Made by a program: the position numbers and the translations under genes. Positions 15,997 through 25,200 of a DNA stretch of 64,000 bases are shown piece by piece; position 1 is the first letter of the stretch; every line of letters begins with the position of its first letter. The notes under the pieces were generated by a model. It searched no databases. It saw nothing but the letters and a program-made list of their open reading frames with translations, and had not been told where the DNA came from. The stretch comes from Alphaproteobacteria bacterium (GTDB lineage: Bacteria > Pseudomonadota > Alphaproteobacteria > UBA828), in contig CBDCQT010000005.1 of the NCBI GenBank assembly GCA_965220745.1, forward strand, positions 192,001 to 256,000. The letters are read 5' to 3'.

Positions 15997-16112
15997 GCGC
16001 TCTCTCCACAAGGTTTCGGCGTGGCGGCCGCTGCCGGCACCGGTCTTGCGCTGTTGCCCCTGCGTACTATAGCGGTAAGCCGGTACACGTGCCAGACAAT
16101 TCACCACTTATA

Positions 16113-16129
16113 AGGCAGTATTACTGTCT
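16113..16129. promoter_or_regulatory. Palindromic operator-like site upstream of gltDB
   Basis: AGGCAGTA-T-TACTGTCT (7 of 8 arm bases complementary) in an AT-rich patch of the gltD/uppP divergent intergenic region. Confidence 0.5.
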
Positions 16130-16308
16130 AAAAGGTGCGCGGCACGCCGAGTCGAATTTCAGGCCGACCGGTCCGACCAAAGTTTCGGAGAATTTTAGTG
16201 CCGATACGCGACGATATGTCGCGAGCGGCTCATCGTGCCTGATCGGGCCAGCGATGGTATAAGCGCGCCGCGGCCCGAGTCGGTCGACACTGAGGCAGCA
16301 GCACGCCC

Positions 16309-17118
16309 GTGCCGTTCCTTCATATCGTCGTCATCACGATCATTCAGGGCATCACCGAGTTTCTGCCGGTGAGCTCATCCGGGCACTTGGTGCTCGTGCC
16401 ATTCGTCACCGGTTGGCAGGACCAGGGGCTGGTCATGGACGTGGCGGTCCATGTCGGCACGCTGGCGGCGGTGCTGGTCTACTTCTGGCGGGATCTCGGG
16501 CAGATGATCCTCGGCTGGATCGGCGGGCGTTGGCGGCGGCGGGACCGGCGCCTCGGCCGCGCGCTTGGCTTCTACGTGGTGGTCTCGGCGATCCCTGTCA
16601 TCCTCGCGGGCGGCGCGATCTACGTGCTGGGGCACGAGATGCTCCGCAACCCGGAGGTCGTCGCCTGGGCCACGATCAGCTTCGGTATCCTGCTCTATCT
16701 CGCCGATCGCATCGGGATCACCGTGCGAGAGGTCGAGCACATGACGCTCGGCCACGCCTTCTTCATCGGGCTTGCTCAGGTGCTCGCGCTCATTCCCGGC
16801 GCGAGCCGCTCGGGCGTCACCATGACGGCGGCGCGCTGGCTCGGCTACGAGCGGCCAGAGGCGGCCCGCTTCGCGATGCTCATGTCGATCCCCGTGATCG
16901 CGGCGAGCGGCGCGGTGGCCGGATACGAGGTCTGGCAGCAGGGCGATCCGATCGTTATCGGGAGCGCGGCGCTGGCCGCGGCGCTCTCCTTCGTGGTGGC
17001 GCTGCTCGCGATCGCGCTGCTGCTCGCCCTGCTGCGGCGCGTGAGCTTCACACCGTTCGTGATCTACCGCCTGCTGCTGGGCGGGGCCGTCCTGGTCTGG
17101 CTCCACTACTTGTCGTAA
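16309..17118 (+). CDS. uppP: Undecaprenyl-diphosphate phosphatase
   Basis: QGITEFLPVSSSGH, VHVGTL, QVLALIPGASRSGVT; multi-TM protein. Confidence 0.96.
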   Translation: MPFLHIVVITIIQGITEFLPVSSSGHLVLVPFVTGWQDQGLVMDVAVHVGTLAAVLVYFWRDLGQMILGWIGGRWRRRDRRLGRALGFYVVVSAIPVILAGGAIYVLGHEMLRNPEVVAWATISFGILLYLADRIGITVREVEHMTLGHAFFIGLAQVLALIPGASRSGVTMTAARWLGYERPEAARFAMLMSIPVIAASGAVAGYEVWQQGDPIVIGSAALAAALSFVVALLAIALLLALLRRVSFTPFVIYRLLLGGAVLVWLHYLS

Positions 17119-17142
17119 GGAGCCAGCGCGGGAAAGAGCGGC

Positions 17143-18144
17143 TCAGGTCTCGCTCACCGGTGCCGATTCGGTGTTGCCGCGGCGGTAATCGCGCAGATAG
17201 GTCGGAAGAATCAGTTCGGCCGCCGTCGCGTCGACCCCGAGGTCGGCGAGCTCCAGCGCGTCCGGGGCAACGACGTTGTCGATCCTGAGCAGCTTGACCT
17301 GGTCCGGTGTCAGCGGCGGGATCGGCGCGAACTGCAGAAACTTCGCCATCACTGCTGCCGCGAGGAATGGCACAGGCACGTAGAGCGCGTTGCGGCCGGT
17401 CTCGCGTGCGACCAGCGCCATCAGTTCGGCGTAGCTGTAGATCGAGGGCCCGCCGAGCTCGTAGGTCTTGCCCTGCGCTGCGTCGCCGCTCAGCGTCCGC
17501 TGGGTGGCCTCGGCGATGTCGCCAACGAAGACCGGCTGGAACTGCGTGGTGCCCGCCTCGAACTCGGGCGTGAGGAACAGCCCGTCGAGCTTCATCTTCG
17601 GCATGCCGTCGAAGAACAGCGGCAGGACCGGCACGAGGCGCACCATCGACGCGAAGCGGTTGAAGAAGTCGTCCTCCGGCCCGAACACCAGGCTCGGCCT
17701 GAAGATGGTGGCGTCGGGGAACGCCTCCCTGACCGCCGCCTCGCCGGCGGCCTTGGAGCGGGCGTAGTCGGAGGGCGATGCCGCATCCGCGCCGATCGCC
17801 GAAATGTGAAGCACATGCGCGACGCCAGCCTCCGCTGCCGCGCGCGCGATGCGGTCGGCCGACGCCACGTGGACGGCGTAGAAGTTCTGCCGGCCGCGCT
17901 CGTAGAGGATACCGGCCAGATTGATGACGGCGTCCGCGCCGGCGACGGCACGCCGGACCGAGTCCTCGTTGCGCACGTTGGCCTGAACCGGGACGACCTG
18001 GCCGACATCGCCGCACGGGCGCAGGAATCCGGCGAGCTCTGGCCGCCGCGTCGCAATGCGGATGCCGTAGCCCTCCTGCGCGAGCCGTTGGACAATGTGG
18101 CGCCCCAGAAACCCGGTCCCGCCGAAGATTGTGACGATTTGCAA
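17143..18144 (-). CDS. Complex I NDUFA9-family NAD(P)-binding atypical SDR
   Basis: TIFGGTGFLGRHIV, GDVGQVV, SDYARSKAAGE, RPSLVFGPEDDFFNRFA, FQPVFVGD. Confidence 0.88.
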   Translation of the reverse strand: MQIVTIFGGTGFLGRHIVQRLAQEGYGIRIATRRPELAGFLRPCGDVGQVVPVQANVRNEDSVRRAVAGADAVINLAGILYERGRQNFYAVHVASADRIARAAAEAGVAHVLHISAIGADAASPSDYARSKAAGEAAVREAFPDATIFRPSLVFGPEDDFFNRFASMVRLVPVLPLFFDGMPKMKLDGLFLTPEFEAGTTQFQPVFVGDIAEATQRTLSGDAAQGKTYELGGPSIYSYAELMALVARETGRNALYVPVPFLAAAVMAKFLQFAPIPPLTPDQVKLLRIDNVVAPDALELADLGVDATAAELILPTYLRDYRRGNTESAPVSET

Positions 18145-18271
18145 GTCGGCCCCGCTCGCTCGTCCCTACCGTTGACGCGCCCCGACTATTAGCCCGGATG
18201 TCTCACCGATGTCACGGCCTGCGTCGCGCAGGCGTTGACCCTGGTGAGAGTTCCGGGCTAGGCAGCACGCC

Positions 18272-18889
18272 ATGGCTCAGCACCTCCATCGCGGCGACCT
18301 GCCGCCGGGGCTCACCTTCGGCGATTCGGTGGCGATCGACACCGAGACGATGGGCCTCAACCCGCACCGGGATCGGCTCTGCCTGGTGCAGCTCTCGCGC
18401 GGCGACGGCGACTGCCATCTGGTGCAGTTCCCGCCGGGCGAGCCCGTCGACGCGCCCAATCTGGCGGCGCTGCTGGCCGACGAGGCGGTGCTGAAAATCT
18501 TCCACTTCGCCCGCTTCGACATCGCGGTGCTGGAGCACGCGCTCGGGGTCCGCTGCGCTCCGGTCTACTGCACCAAGATCGCCTCGCGCCTTTCGCGCAC
18601 CTTCACCGACCGCCACGGACTCAAGGACCTTTGCCGCGACCTGCTGGGCGTCGAGATATCCAAGCAGCAGCAATCCTCGGACTGGGGCGCGGACCGGCTT
18701 TCACAGAGCCAGCTCGACTACGCCGCGAACGACGTCCTCCACCTGCATCCGCTCAAGGAGAAGCTTGACGAGATGCTCGCCCGCGAGGAGCGGACCGAAC
18801 TCGCCGAGGCCTGCTTTGCGTTCCTTCCCCACCGCGCCCGGCTCGATCTCGAGGGCTGGCCCGAGGTGGACATCTTCGCTCACGATTAG
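18272..18889 (+). CDS. rnd: Ribonuclease D-like 3'-5' exonuclease (short alphaproteobacterial type)
   Basis: AIDTETMGL, DRLCLVQL, FHFARFD, CTKIASRL, SKQQQSSDWG, YAANDV. Confidence 0.9.
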   Translation: MAQHLHRGDLPPGLTFGDSVAIDTETMGLNPHRDRLCLVQLSRGDGDCHLVQFPPGEPVDAPNLAALLADEAVLKIFHFARFDIAVLEHALGVRCAPVYCTKIASRLSRTFTDRHGLKDLCRDLLGVEISKQQQSSDWGADRLSQSQLDYAANDVLHLHPLKEKLDEMLAREERTELAEACFAFLPHRARLDLEGWPEVDIFAHD

Positions 18890-19028
18890 CCTGGTTGTTT
18901 CACCGGACCCCCGCCCGCCTGCCTCGGGCGGCGAGGGAGCGCGGCGGACCGATCGTAAGGCCTTGGCAATGCTTCTCTGCCAGCGCTAGCCTTGTTCATC
19001 CACCGGGCTGACCGACGGGGGCTGCGCC

Positions 19029-20240
19029 ATGTTCGACGCAATCGTTGTGGGCGCGCGGTGTGCCGGCGCCTCTCTTGCGATGCTTCTCTCCCGCAAGGGC
19101 TACCGCGTCTTGCTCGTCGACCGGGCAACCTTTCCCAGCGACCACACCATGTCGACGCATCTGGTCTGGCAGAACGGAACGAACCGTCTGCGGAAATGGG
19201 GTCTGCTCGACACGGTCGCCGCCTCGAACTGCCCGCCGATGTCTTCCTTCTTCATCGACTTCGGGGATTTCCGGCTCGACGGCGAACCGACGCCGGCGGA
19301 CAGTCAGAAATACGCGTTCTGTCCCAGACGCTTCCTGCTCGACAAGTTCTTGGTCGATGCCGCCGCGGCGGCCGGCACCGAGGTGCGGGAGGGCGTCTTC
19401 GTCCGGGAGCTCGAAGGCGACGGCGACCGTGTGACCGGAATCTCCGGAACCGACAAGAACGGCGCCGCCGTTCGAGAGACCGCCCGAATCGTCGTTGGCG
19501 CGGACGGCATGAATTCGCTGGTGGCGCGCGCGGTTCAGGCACAGGAATACAACGCGAAACCACGGCTGCAGAGGACTTACTTCAGCTACTGGAGCGACGT
19601 GCCGTCCCATGCCGTGGAGATCTACGTCGGGGAATGGCGGGGGGCTTACGCGTTCCCTACCAACGACGGCCTGACGGTGGTCGGCGCGAACTGGACCGCG
19701 CGAGACGCTCGCGACTTCAAGGCCGACATCGAGACGAACTACCTCGAAACGTTGGAAGCCTGGACGCCGTCGCTCGCCGAACGGGTGCGCGATGGCACGC
19801 GCGAGGATCGCTGGCTCGGCGGCTCCATTCCGAGCTTCCTCCGCAAGCCCTATGGACCTGGCTGGGCGCTGGTGGGCGATGCCGGGGTCACCATGGACCC
19901 GTGCACGGCGGAGGGCATCACCAACGCTCTGCGCGATGCCGACTTCTTGGCCGATGCCCTCAACGAGGGTTTCTCCGGCCTGCGACCGATGGATGAAGCG
20001 CTTGCCCATTACGAGCAACGACGCAACGCGGCGATCGTGCCGATCTACGAGCTCACCTGCGAATTGGCGTCCTTCGCGCCGCTGCCGCCGGACAGGCGAC
20101 AGCTCCTGGAAGCCCTGATCGACAACCAGCCGGACACCAATCGCTTCCTGGGCTTGATCGCCCAGACCGTGTCCATCCCCGAGTTTTTCGCCGATGAGAA
20201 TGTACAAAGAATTCTGTCCACCGTATCGAATGTGCACTGA
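19029..20240 (+). CDS. FAD-dependent oxidoreductase (geranylgeranyl reductase/FixC-like flavoprotein)
   Basis: DAIVVGARCAG (Rossmann fold), PRRFLLD, VVGADG, ALVGDAG..DP.TAEGI. Confidence 0.85.
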   Translation: MFDAIVVGARCAGASLAMLLSRKGYRVLLVDRATFPSDHTMSTHLVWQNGTNRLRKWGLLDTVAASNCPPMSSFFIDFGDFRLDGEPTPADSQKYAFCPRRFLLDKFLVDAAAAAGTEVREGVFVRELEGDGDRVTGISGTDKNGAAVRETARIVVGADGMNSLVARAVQAQEYNAKPRLQRTYFSYWSDVPSHAVEIYVGEWRGAYAFPTNDGLTVVGANWTARDARDFKADIETNYLETLEAWTPSLAERVRDGTREDRWLGGSIPSFLRKPYGPGWALVGDAGVTMDPCTAEGITNALRDADFLADALNEGFSGLRPMDEALAHYEQRRNAAIVPIYELTCELASFAPLPPDRRQLLEALIDNQPDTNRFLGLIAQTVSIPEFFADENVQRILSTVSNVH

Positions 20241-20242
20241 TC

Positions 20243-20271
20243 CACGCGGTCGCGCGCGCAGTGACCGCGTG
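20243..20271 (+). terminator. Stem-loop just after the FAD oxidoreductase stop (possible terminator)
   Basis: CACGCGGTCGC ... GTGACCGCGTG inverted repeat; no U-tract. Confidence 0.35.
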
Positions 20272-20399
20272 CGACGTTGCGCAGGCTTGGCGAGGACGGG
20301 ACGTGTGAGAGGCGCTCCCCGCCTGCTACGATTGCCCGCCTTACAAGAGCTTAGCGGAACGTAGCGATCGCTCGTTCCCGCGGCATAGGGACGGGCTCC

Positions 20400-22178
20400 A
20401 TGAGCACTGCCGCAACCGGCGGCCGCAAAGGTATCCGCTACCAGCCTGACGAGAGGCCGCCGCCGGCGCTCGCCTTCGGCCTCGGCGCTCAGATCGCCGT
20501 GCTCACCATCGCCGGCATCATCCTGGTGCCCACCATCGTGATGCGTGCCGCCGGCGCGAGCGAGGACTATCTCTCGTGGGCGGTGTTCGGCACGGTCGCG
20601 ATCTGCGGCCTGACCACGGCGCTGCAATCGATCTGCACCGGACGGATCGGCTCAGGCCACGTGCTCATCATGGGCGCTTCCGGGGCCTTCATCGCTGTCT
20701 GCATCAACGCGATTGCGGCCGGCGGCCCGGCCTTGCTGGCCACGCTGGTCATCATCTCCTCCCTCGTTCCGCTGCTGATTTCCGTCCGCCTCGCGCTCTT
20801 CCAGCGGATCCTGACGCCGACGGTCTCGGGCACCGTGATCATGCTGATTCCCGTTACGGTGATGCCGGCCGTCTTCAAGCTCCTGGCGGCGGTGCCGGAG
20901 GGCAGCCCCGCCCTGGCGGCGCCATTGAGCGCGCTTGCGGTGGTGCTCGTTCTGGCAGCCATCGCGTTGAAGGCGTCGGGCGCGCTCCGCCTCTGGGCAC
21001 CAGTCATCGGCGTCGTCGCCGGCACGGGCGTCGCCGCCGCATTCGGCCTCTATGACGCGGGCCGCGTGGTCGATGCGCCCTGGGTCGGCGTACCGGCGGG
21101 CGAATGGGCGGGCTTCGATGTCGAGTTCGGGCCGTCGTTCTGGGCGCTGCTTCCAGCCTTCCTGCTGGTGGCCGTGATCGCCACCATCCGCTCCATCAGC
21201 GGTGCCGTAGCGATCCAGCGGGTCTCGTGGCGGCGGCCGCGGGCCGTGGATTTTCGGGCGGTGCAAGGGGCGATCACCGTGGACGGGATCGGCAACGTGC
21301 TTTCCGGCCTCGTGGGCACGACGCCGAATACGGCCACCACGGTGGGTGCGTCGGTGACCGAGCTCACCGGCGTGGGCGCGCGCAGCGTCGGCATCGCATG
21401 CGGGGCAGTCTTCTTCGCAGCGGCGTTCCTGCCCAAGCTGCTGGCCCTGGTGCTCGCAATACCGGGGCCGGTGATCGCTGCCTACCTCGGGGTCCTGCTG
21501 GCGACGCTCTTCGTAATCGGCATGAGGATCGCCATCCAGGACGGCATCGACTACCGCAAGGGCCTGATCGTCGGTGTTTCGTTCTGGATCGGGGTCGGCT
21601 TCCAGAACGACTTGGTGTTTCCCGAGCACATCTCGGAATTCGCAGGCGGTCTCCTGCGCAACGGGGTCACGGCCGGCGGGGTCACGGCCATCCTGATGAC
21701 CTTCTTCGTGGAGTTGACCAAACCCCGCCGCAGCCGCATGGAGGAGGCATTCGATCTCTCGGTCCTGCCGAAGATCAGGGATTTTCTCGGCGCCTTCGCG
21801 ATCCGCAGCGGCTGGGACGCGGCAATGGCGACGCGGCTGGACGCCGTCTGCGAAGAGACGCTGCTGACCCTGATCCGACATGAGGAAGAAGATGAGGAGA
21901 AACGGGAGCGCCGCCTGCGGCTGGTGGCCTACAGGGAAGGCAATGGCGCGGTTCTCGAGTTCGTCGTCGCGTCGCGAGAGGACAACATCCAAGATCGCCT
22001 TTCGCTGCTCGGCGACCAGCCCGGTGAGGTCTCGGCCGAGCAGGAGGTCTCGCTCCGCCTGTTGCGCCGGCTCGCTTCCTCCGTCCGCCATCAGCAGTAT
22101 CATGGCACCGACATCGTGACGATTCGCGTGGCAGCGGTGGTGGCCGGCGAAACAGGGGCGGCCGGCGAAAGGAATTGA
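20400..22178 (+). CDS. Xanthine/uracil (NCS2) family permease with a C-terminal soluble RsbW/HATPase-like extension; sup-cluster permease candidate
   Basis: YQPDERPP..LGAQ start, GSG...IMG.S, PTVSGTVIMLI, DGIGNVLSGLVG, ELTGVGAR, ~12 hydrophobic segments, then a ~150-aa hydrophilic tail. Confidence 0.8.
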   Translation: MSTAATGGRKGIRYQPDERPPPALAFGLGAQIAVLTIAGIILVPTIVMRAAGASEDYLSWAVFGTVAICGLTTALQSICTGRIGSGHVLIMGASGAFIAVCINAIAAGGPALLATLVIISSLVPLLISVRLALFQRILTPTVSGTVIMLIPVTVMPAVFKLLAAVPEGSPALAAPLSALAVVLVLAAIALKASGALRLWAPVIGVVAGTGVAAAFGLYDAGRVVDAPWVGVPAGEWAGFDVEFGPSFWALLPAFLLVAVIATIRSISGAVAIQRVSWRRPRAVDFRAVQGAITVDGIGNVLSGLVGTTPNTATTVGASVTELTGVGARSVGIACGAVFFAAAFLPKLLALVLAIPGPVIAAYLGVLLATLFVIGMRIAIQDGIDYRKGLIVGVSFWIGVGFQNDLVFPEHISEFAGGLLRNGVTAGGVTAILMTFFVELTKPRRSRMEEAFDLSVLPKIRDFLGAFAIRSGWDAAMATRLDAVCEETLLTLIRHEEEDEEKRERRLRLVAYREGNGAVLEFVVASREDNIQDRLSLLGDQPGEVSAEQEVSLRLLRRLASSVRHQQYHGTDIVTIRVAAVVAGETGAAGERN

Positions 22179-22283
22179 AAGTGTCACCGCAATCGACGAC
22201 AGCCTTGGCTTATGTGAATGCCATTGGCCCATAAGCGCGGGTTAGAATAACCATTCCGTCCTCCTGACTGAGGGAGTATCGCG

Positions 22284-25200
22284 ATGGCGGAGCGAGACAG
22301 GGCTTGCGGACGCGCGAGCGACGCGCCCGACTTAAACGACGAACGCGCGCCGGAAGTCTCCGGGTCGAATGAACCAATAGCGATCGTCGGCATGGCGTGC
22401 CGGTTTCCCGGCGCCAACGGCATTTCCGCCTTCTGGCGGTTGCTTGAAGAGGGCGGCAACGCCGTGCAGGAGGGCGTGCCGGGCTCCGGCATCGGGCGCG
22501 TCGGCGCGCTCTTCCCCGACGATACGGGTCAGATCCAAGCCTGCCGCTTCGGCGCCTATCTGGAAGAGCTCGAGCAGTTCGATGCCGCCTTCTTCCGCAT
22601 TTCGCCGGTGGAAGCGCAACTGCTGGACCCCCAGCAACGGCTGATTCTGGAGACGAGCTGGCGGGCGCTCGAAGACGCGGGCATCGATCCCGAAGGTCTG
22701 AAGGACAGCCGCACCGGTGTCTATGCGGGGATCAGCAACAATGACTACCGGGGGCTGATTCTGGAGGCCAGCGAGGGCGCAGGGGCCGCCGAACCTGCTG
22801 CCAGTCTTTATGCGGTCACCGGCACCTCCCTCAATACGGCCATCGGCCGGGTTGCGTTCGCGCTCGGCCTCGGGGGGCCGGCGATGGCGGTGGACACCGC
22901 CTGCTCGTCGTCCCTGGTCGCGACGCATCAGGCAGTCTCGGGCCTGCAGCGGGGCGACGCCGATCTCGCGCTTGCCGGCGGGGTAAACATCATTCTCTCG
23001 GGTCGGCTTCTGGAGTTTCGTGCCAACGCGGGGATGTTGTCGCCAGACGGCCAATGCAAGACCTTCGATGCCTCCGCCAACGGATATGTCAGGGGCGAAG
23101 GCTGCGGGATTCTGGTGCTGAAGCGGCTCGCCGATGCGGAGGCCGCCGGCGACCGTATCTGGGGGGTCATCCGGAGCACGGCACTGAACCAGGACGGAGC
23201 CAGCCAGGGTCTGACGGTTCCGAACGGGGCGGCGCAGGAACGGGTGATCCGGGCGGCGCTCGAGCAGGCTGGAGTCCGGCCTTCGGATATCGACTATCTG
23301 GAAGCGCACGGGACCGGCACCGAGGTGGGCGATCCGATCGAGATCAATGCGACGGCGGCGGTCTACGAGCGCGGTCGGGACGCTGGCCGCCCGCTGCTGA
23401 TCGGCTCAGTCAAGACCAACATCGGGCATCTGGAGTCCGCGGCAGGGGTCGCGGGGCTGATCAAGACCGTGCTGGCGATGAATCGGCGGCTCATCCCCAA
23501 GCACCTCCATTTTCGCAACCCCAATCCGGAGATGGACTGGGAGCAGCTGCCATTGCAGGTGACGTCCGCCCCGACGTCGTGGCCCGCCCATGCAGACCGC
23601 GCGCCGCTGGCGGGTGTGAGCGGGTTCGGATGGTCCGGGACGAACGCCCACGTCGTGCTGGAGGGATATGCCTCGCCGGGCGGTGCCGCGTCTGGCCTCG
23701 ATGGGGACGATTGGATTGCCAGCGCTCCGCGGCCGATCGCCGTTTCGCTGCCGGCGTCCGTCGTGCCTTCGCAATCGAAGGACGGGCTTGCCCTTCGCGG
23801 AACGCGCCTGCTGCCGCTCTCCGGAAAGTCGGCCGCGGCGCTTCGCGACATGGCAGGACGCTATCTCGCCTGGCTCGACGAGGACGCCGACGTGGCCTTG
23901 CTCGCCGACATGGCATGGACGGCTGCCACAGGCCGGAGCCACTTCGGCCACCGGGCGGGCGTGGTGTTCCGGGACGTGGAGTCGCTGCGGGAGGGTTTGC
24001 GGGCGATCGTTGAGACAGACGAGAGACCGGCATCGCGCAAGGCGGCGAAGGTCGCGTTTGCCTACACCGGGCAGGCCAGCCAGTGGCCCGGCATGGGCGA
24101 GGCGCTCTATGCGAGCGAGCCGGTGGTGCGCGCGGTGCTCGACCGCTGCGACCAGGTGCTCGCGGAGGACCGGGGCGGCGCCTCGCTGCTCGACGTGATG
24201 TTCGGGCGGCCCGGTGCGGCGGGCGAGCTGGACGATCCGCACTGGAAGCAGCCCGCGATCTATGCGCTCGAATGCGCGCTTGCGGCGCTTTGGGAGAGCA
24301 TCGGTATCCGACCGGACGTGGTGCTCGGGCACAGCCTGGGGGAGATCGCGGCGGCACATACCGCCGGCGTCTTCAGCCTGGAGGAGGGCCTGCGCTTCGC
24401 GGCGGCGCGGGGTTCGTTGATTGGCGCCCTGCCCGGCGAGGGCGCGATGGCGGCGGTCTTCGCGTCGCCCTCCCGCGTGGCCGACGCCGTGGGAGAGCTG
24501 AACGCCGCCTCCGGCGGGCCGGGCCTGAGCGTCGCCGCGGACAACGGCGCCCACCAGGTGGTGAGCGGCCCCAAAGCTGATGTGGAGGCATTGCTCGCGC
24601 GCTTCGAGGCGGAGGAGGTTCGCGTCGCGCGACTGCGCAGGAGCCCGGCCTACCACAGCGCCATGATCGAGCCGGCGCTGGGCGATCTGGAGGCCGAAAT
24701 CTCGACGATCGCGTTCGCACCGCCGTCGCTCACCTTCGTCAGCAACCTGACCGGCCGGGCGCTGGACGCGGGCGAGGCGCCGGACGCGGCGTACTGGCGG
24801 CGCCAGGCGCGGGAGCCGGTGGCCTTCCGCGCCTGCATAGAGACGCTGGCGGAACTCGGTGTGGATGCCGTCATCGAGATCGGCCCACATGCCGTTCTGG
24901 GGCCGATGACGACCATGGCGTGGCCGGAGGCAACCGGGGCCGCGCCCGCGATTCTCTCGAGCCTGCAGCGGCCGTCGAAAGACGAGAAGCCACCTGCGCC
25001 GGGCTCGGGCGGCGGCTTCGTGGAGGCGGTTGCCGGCGCCTACGAGGCGGGGCTTCCGCTCCGCTTCGAAGGACTCTTCGCCGGTGAGTCGCGGAGCAAG
25101 ATCGCGCTGCCGGGTTATCCCTTCCAGCGCGAGCGCTATTGGGTCGAGGCACCCAAGCGGCGGCGGCAGGCAAGCGACCACCCGTTGCTCGGCAGCCGGC

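Noticed and set aside
10022-16113. Several 300-500 aa plus-strand ORFs opposite gltB/gltD
   Set aside because: Antisense shadows with no recognisable motifs.
17560-17625. Apparent short insertion (FDGMPKMKLDGLFLTPEFEAG) in the NDUFA9-like protein
   Set aside because: In frame and cannot be judged without an alignment; probably a lineage-specific loop.
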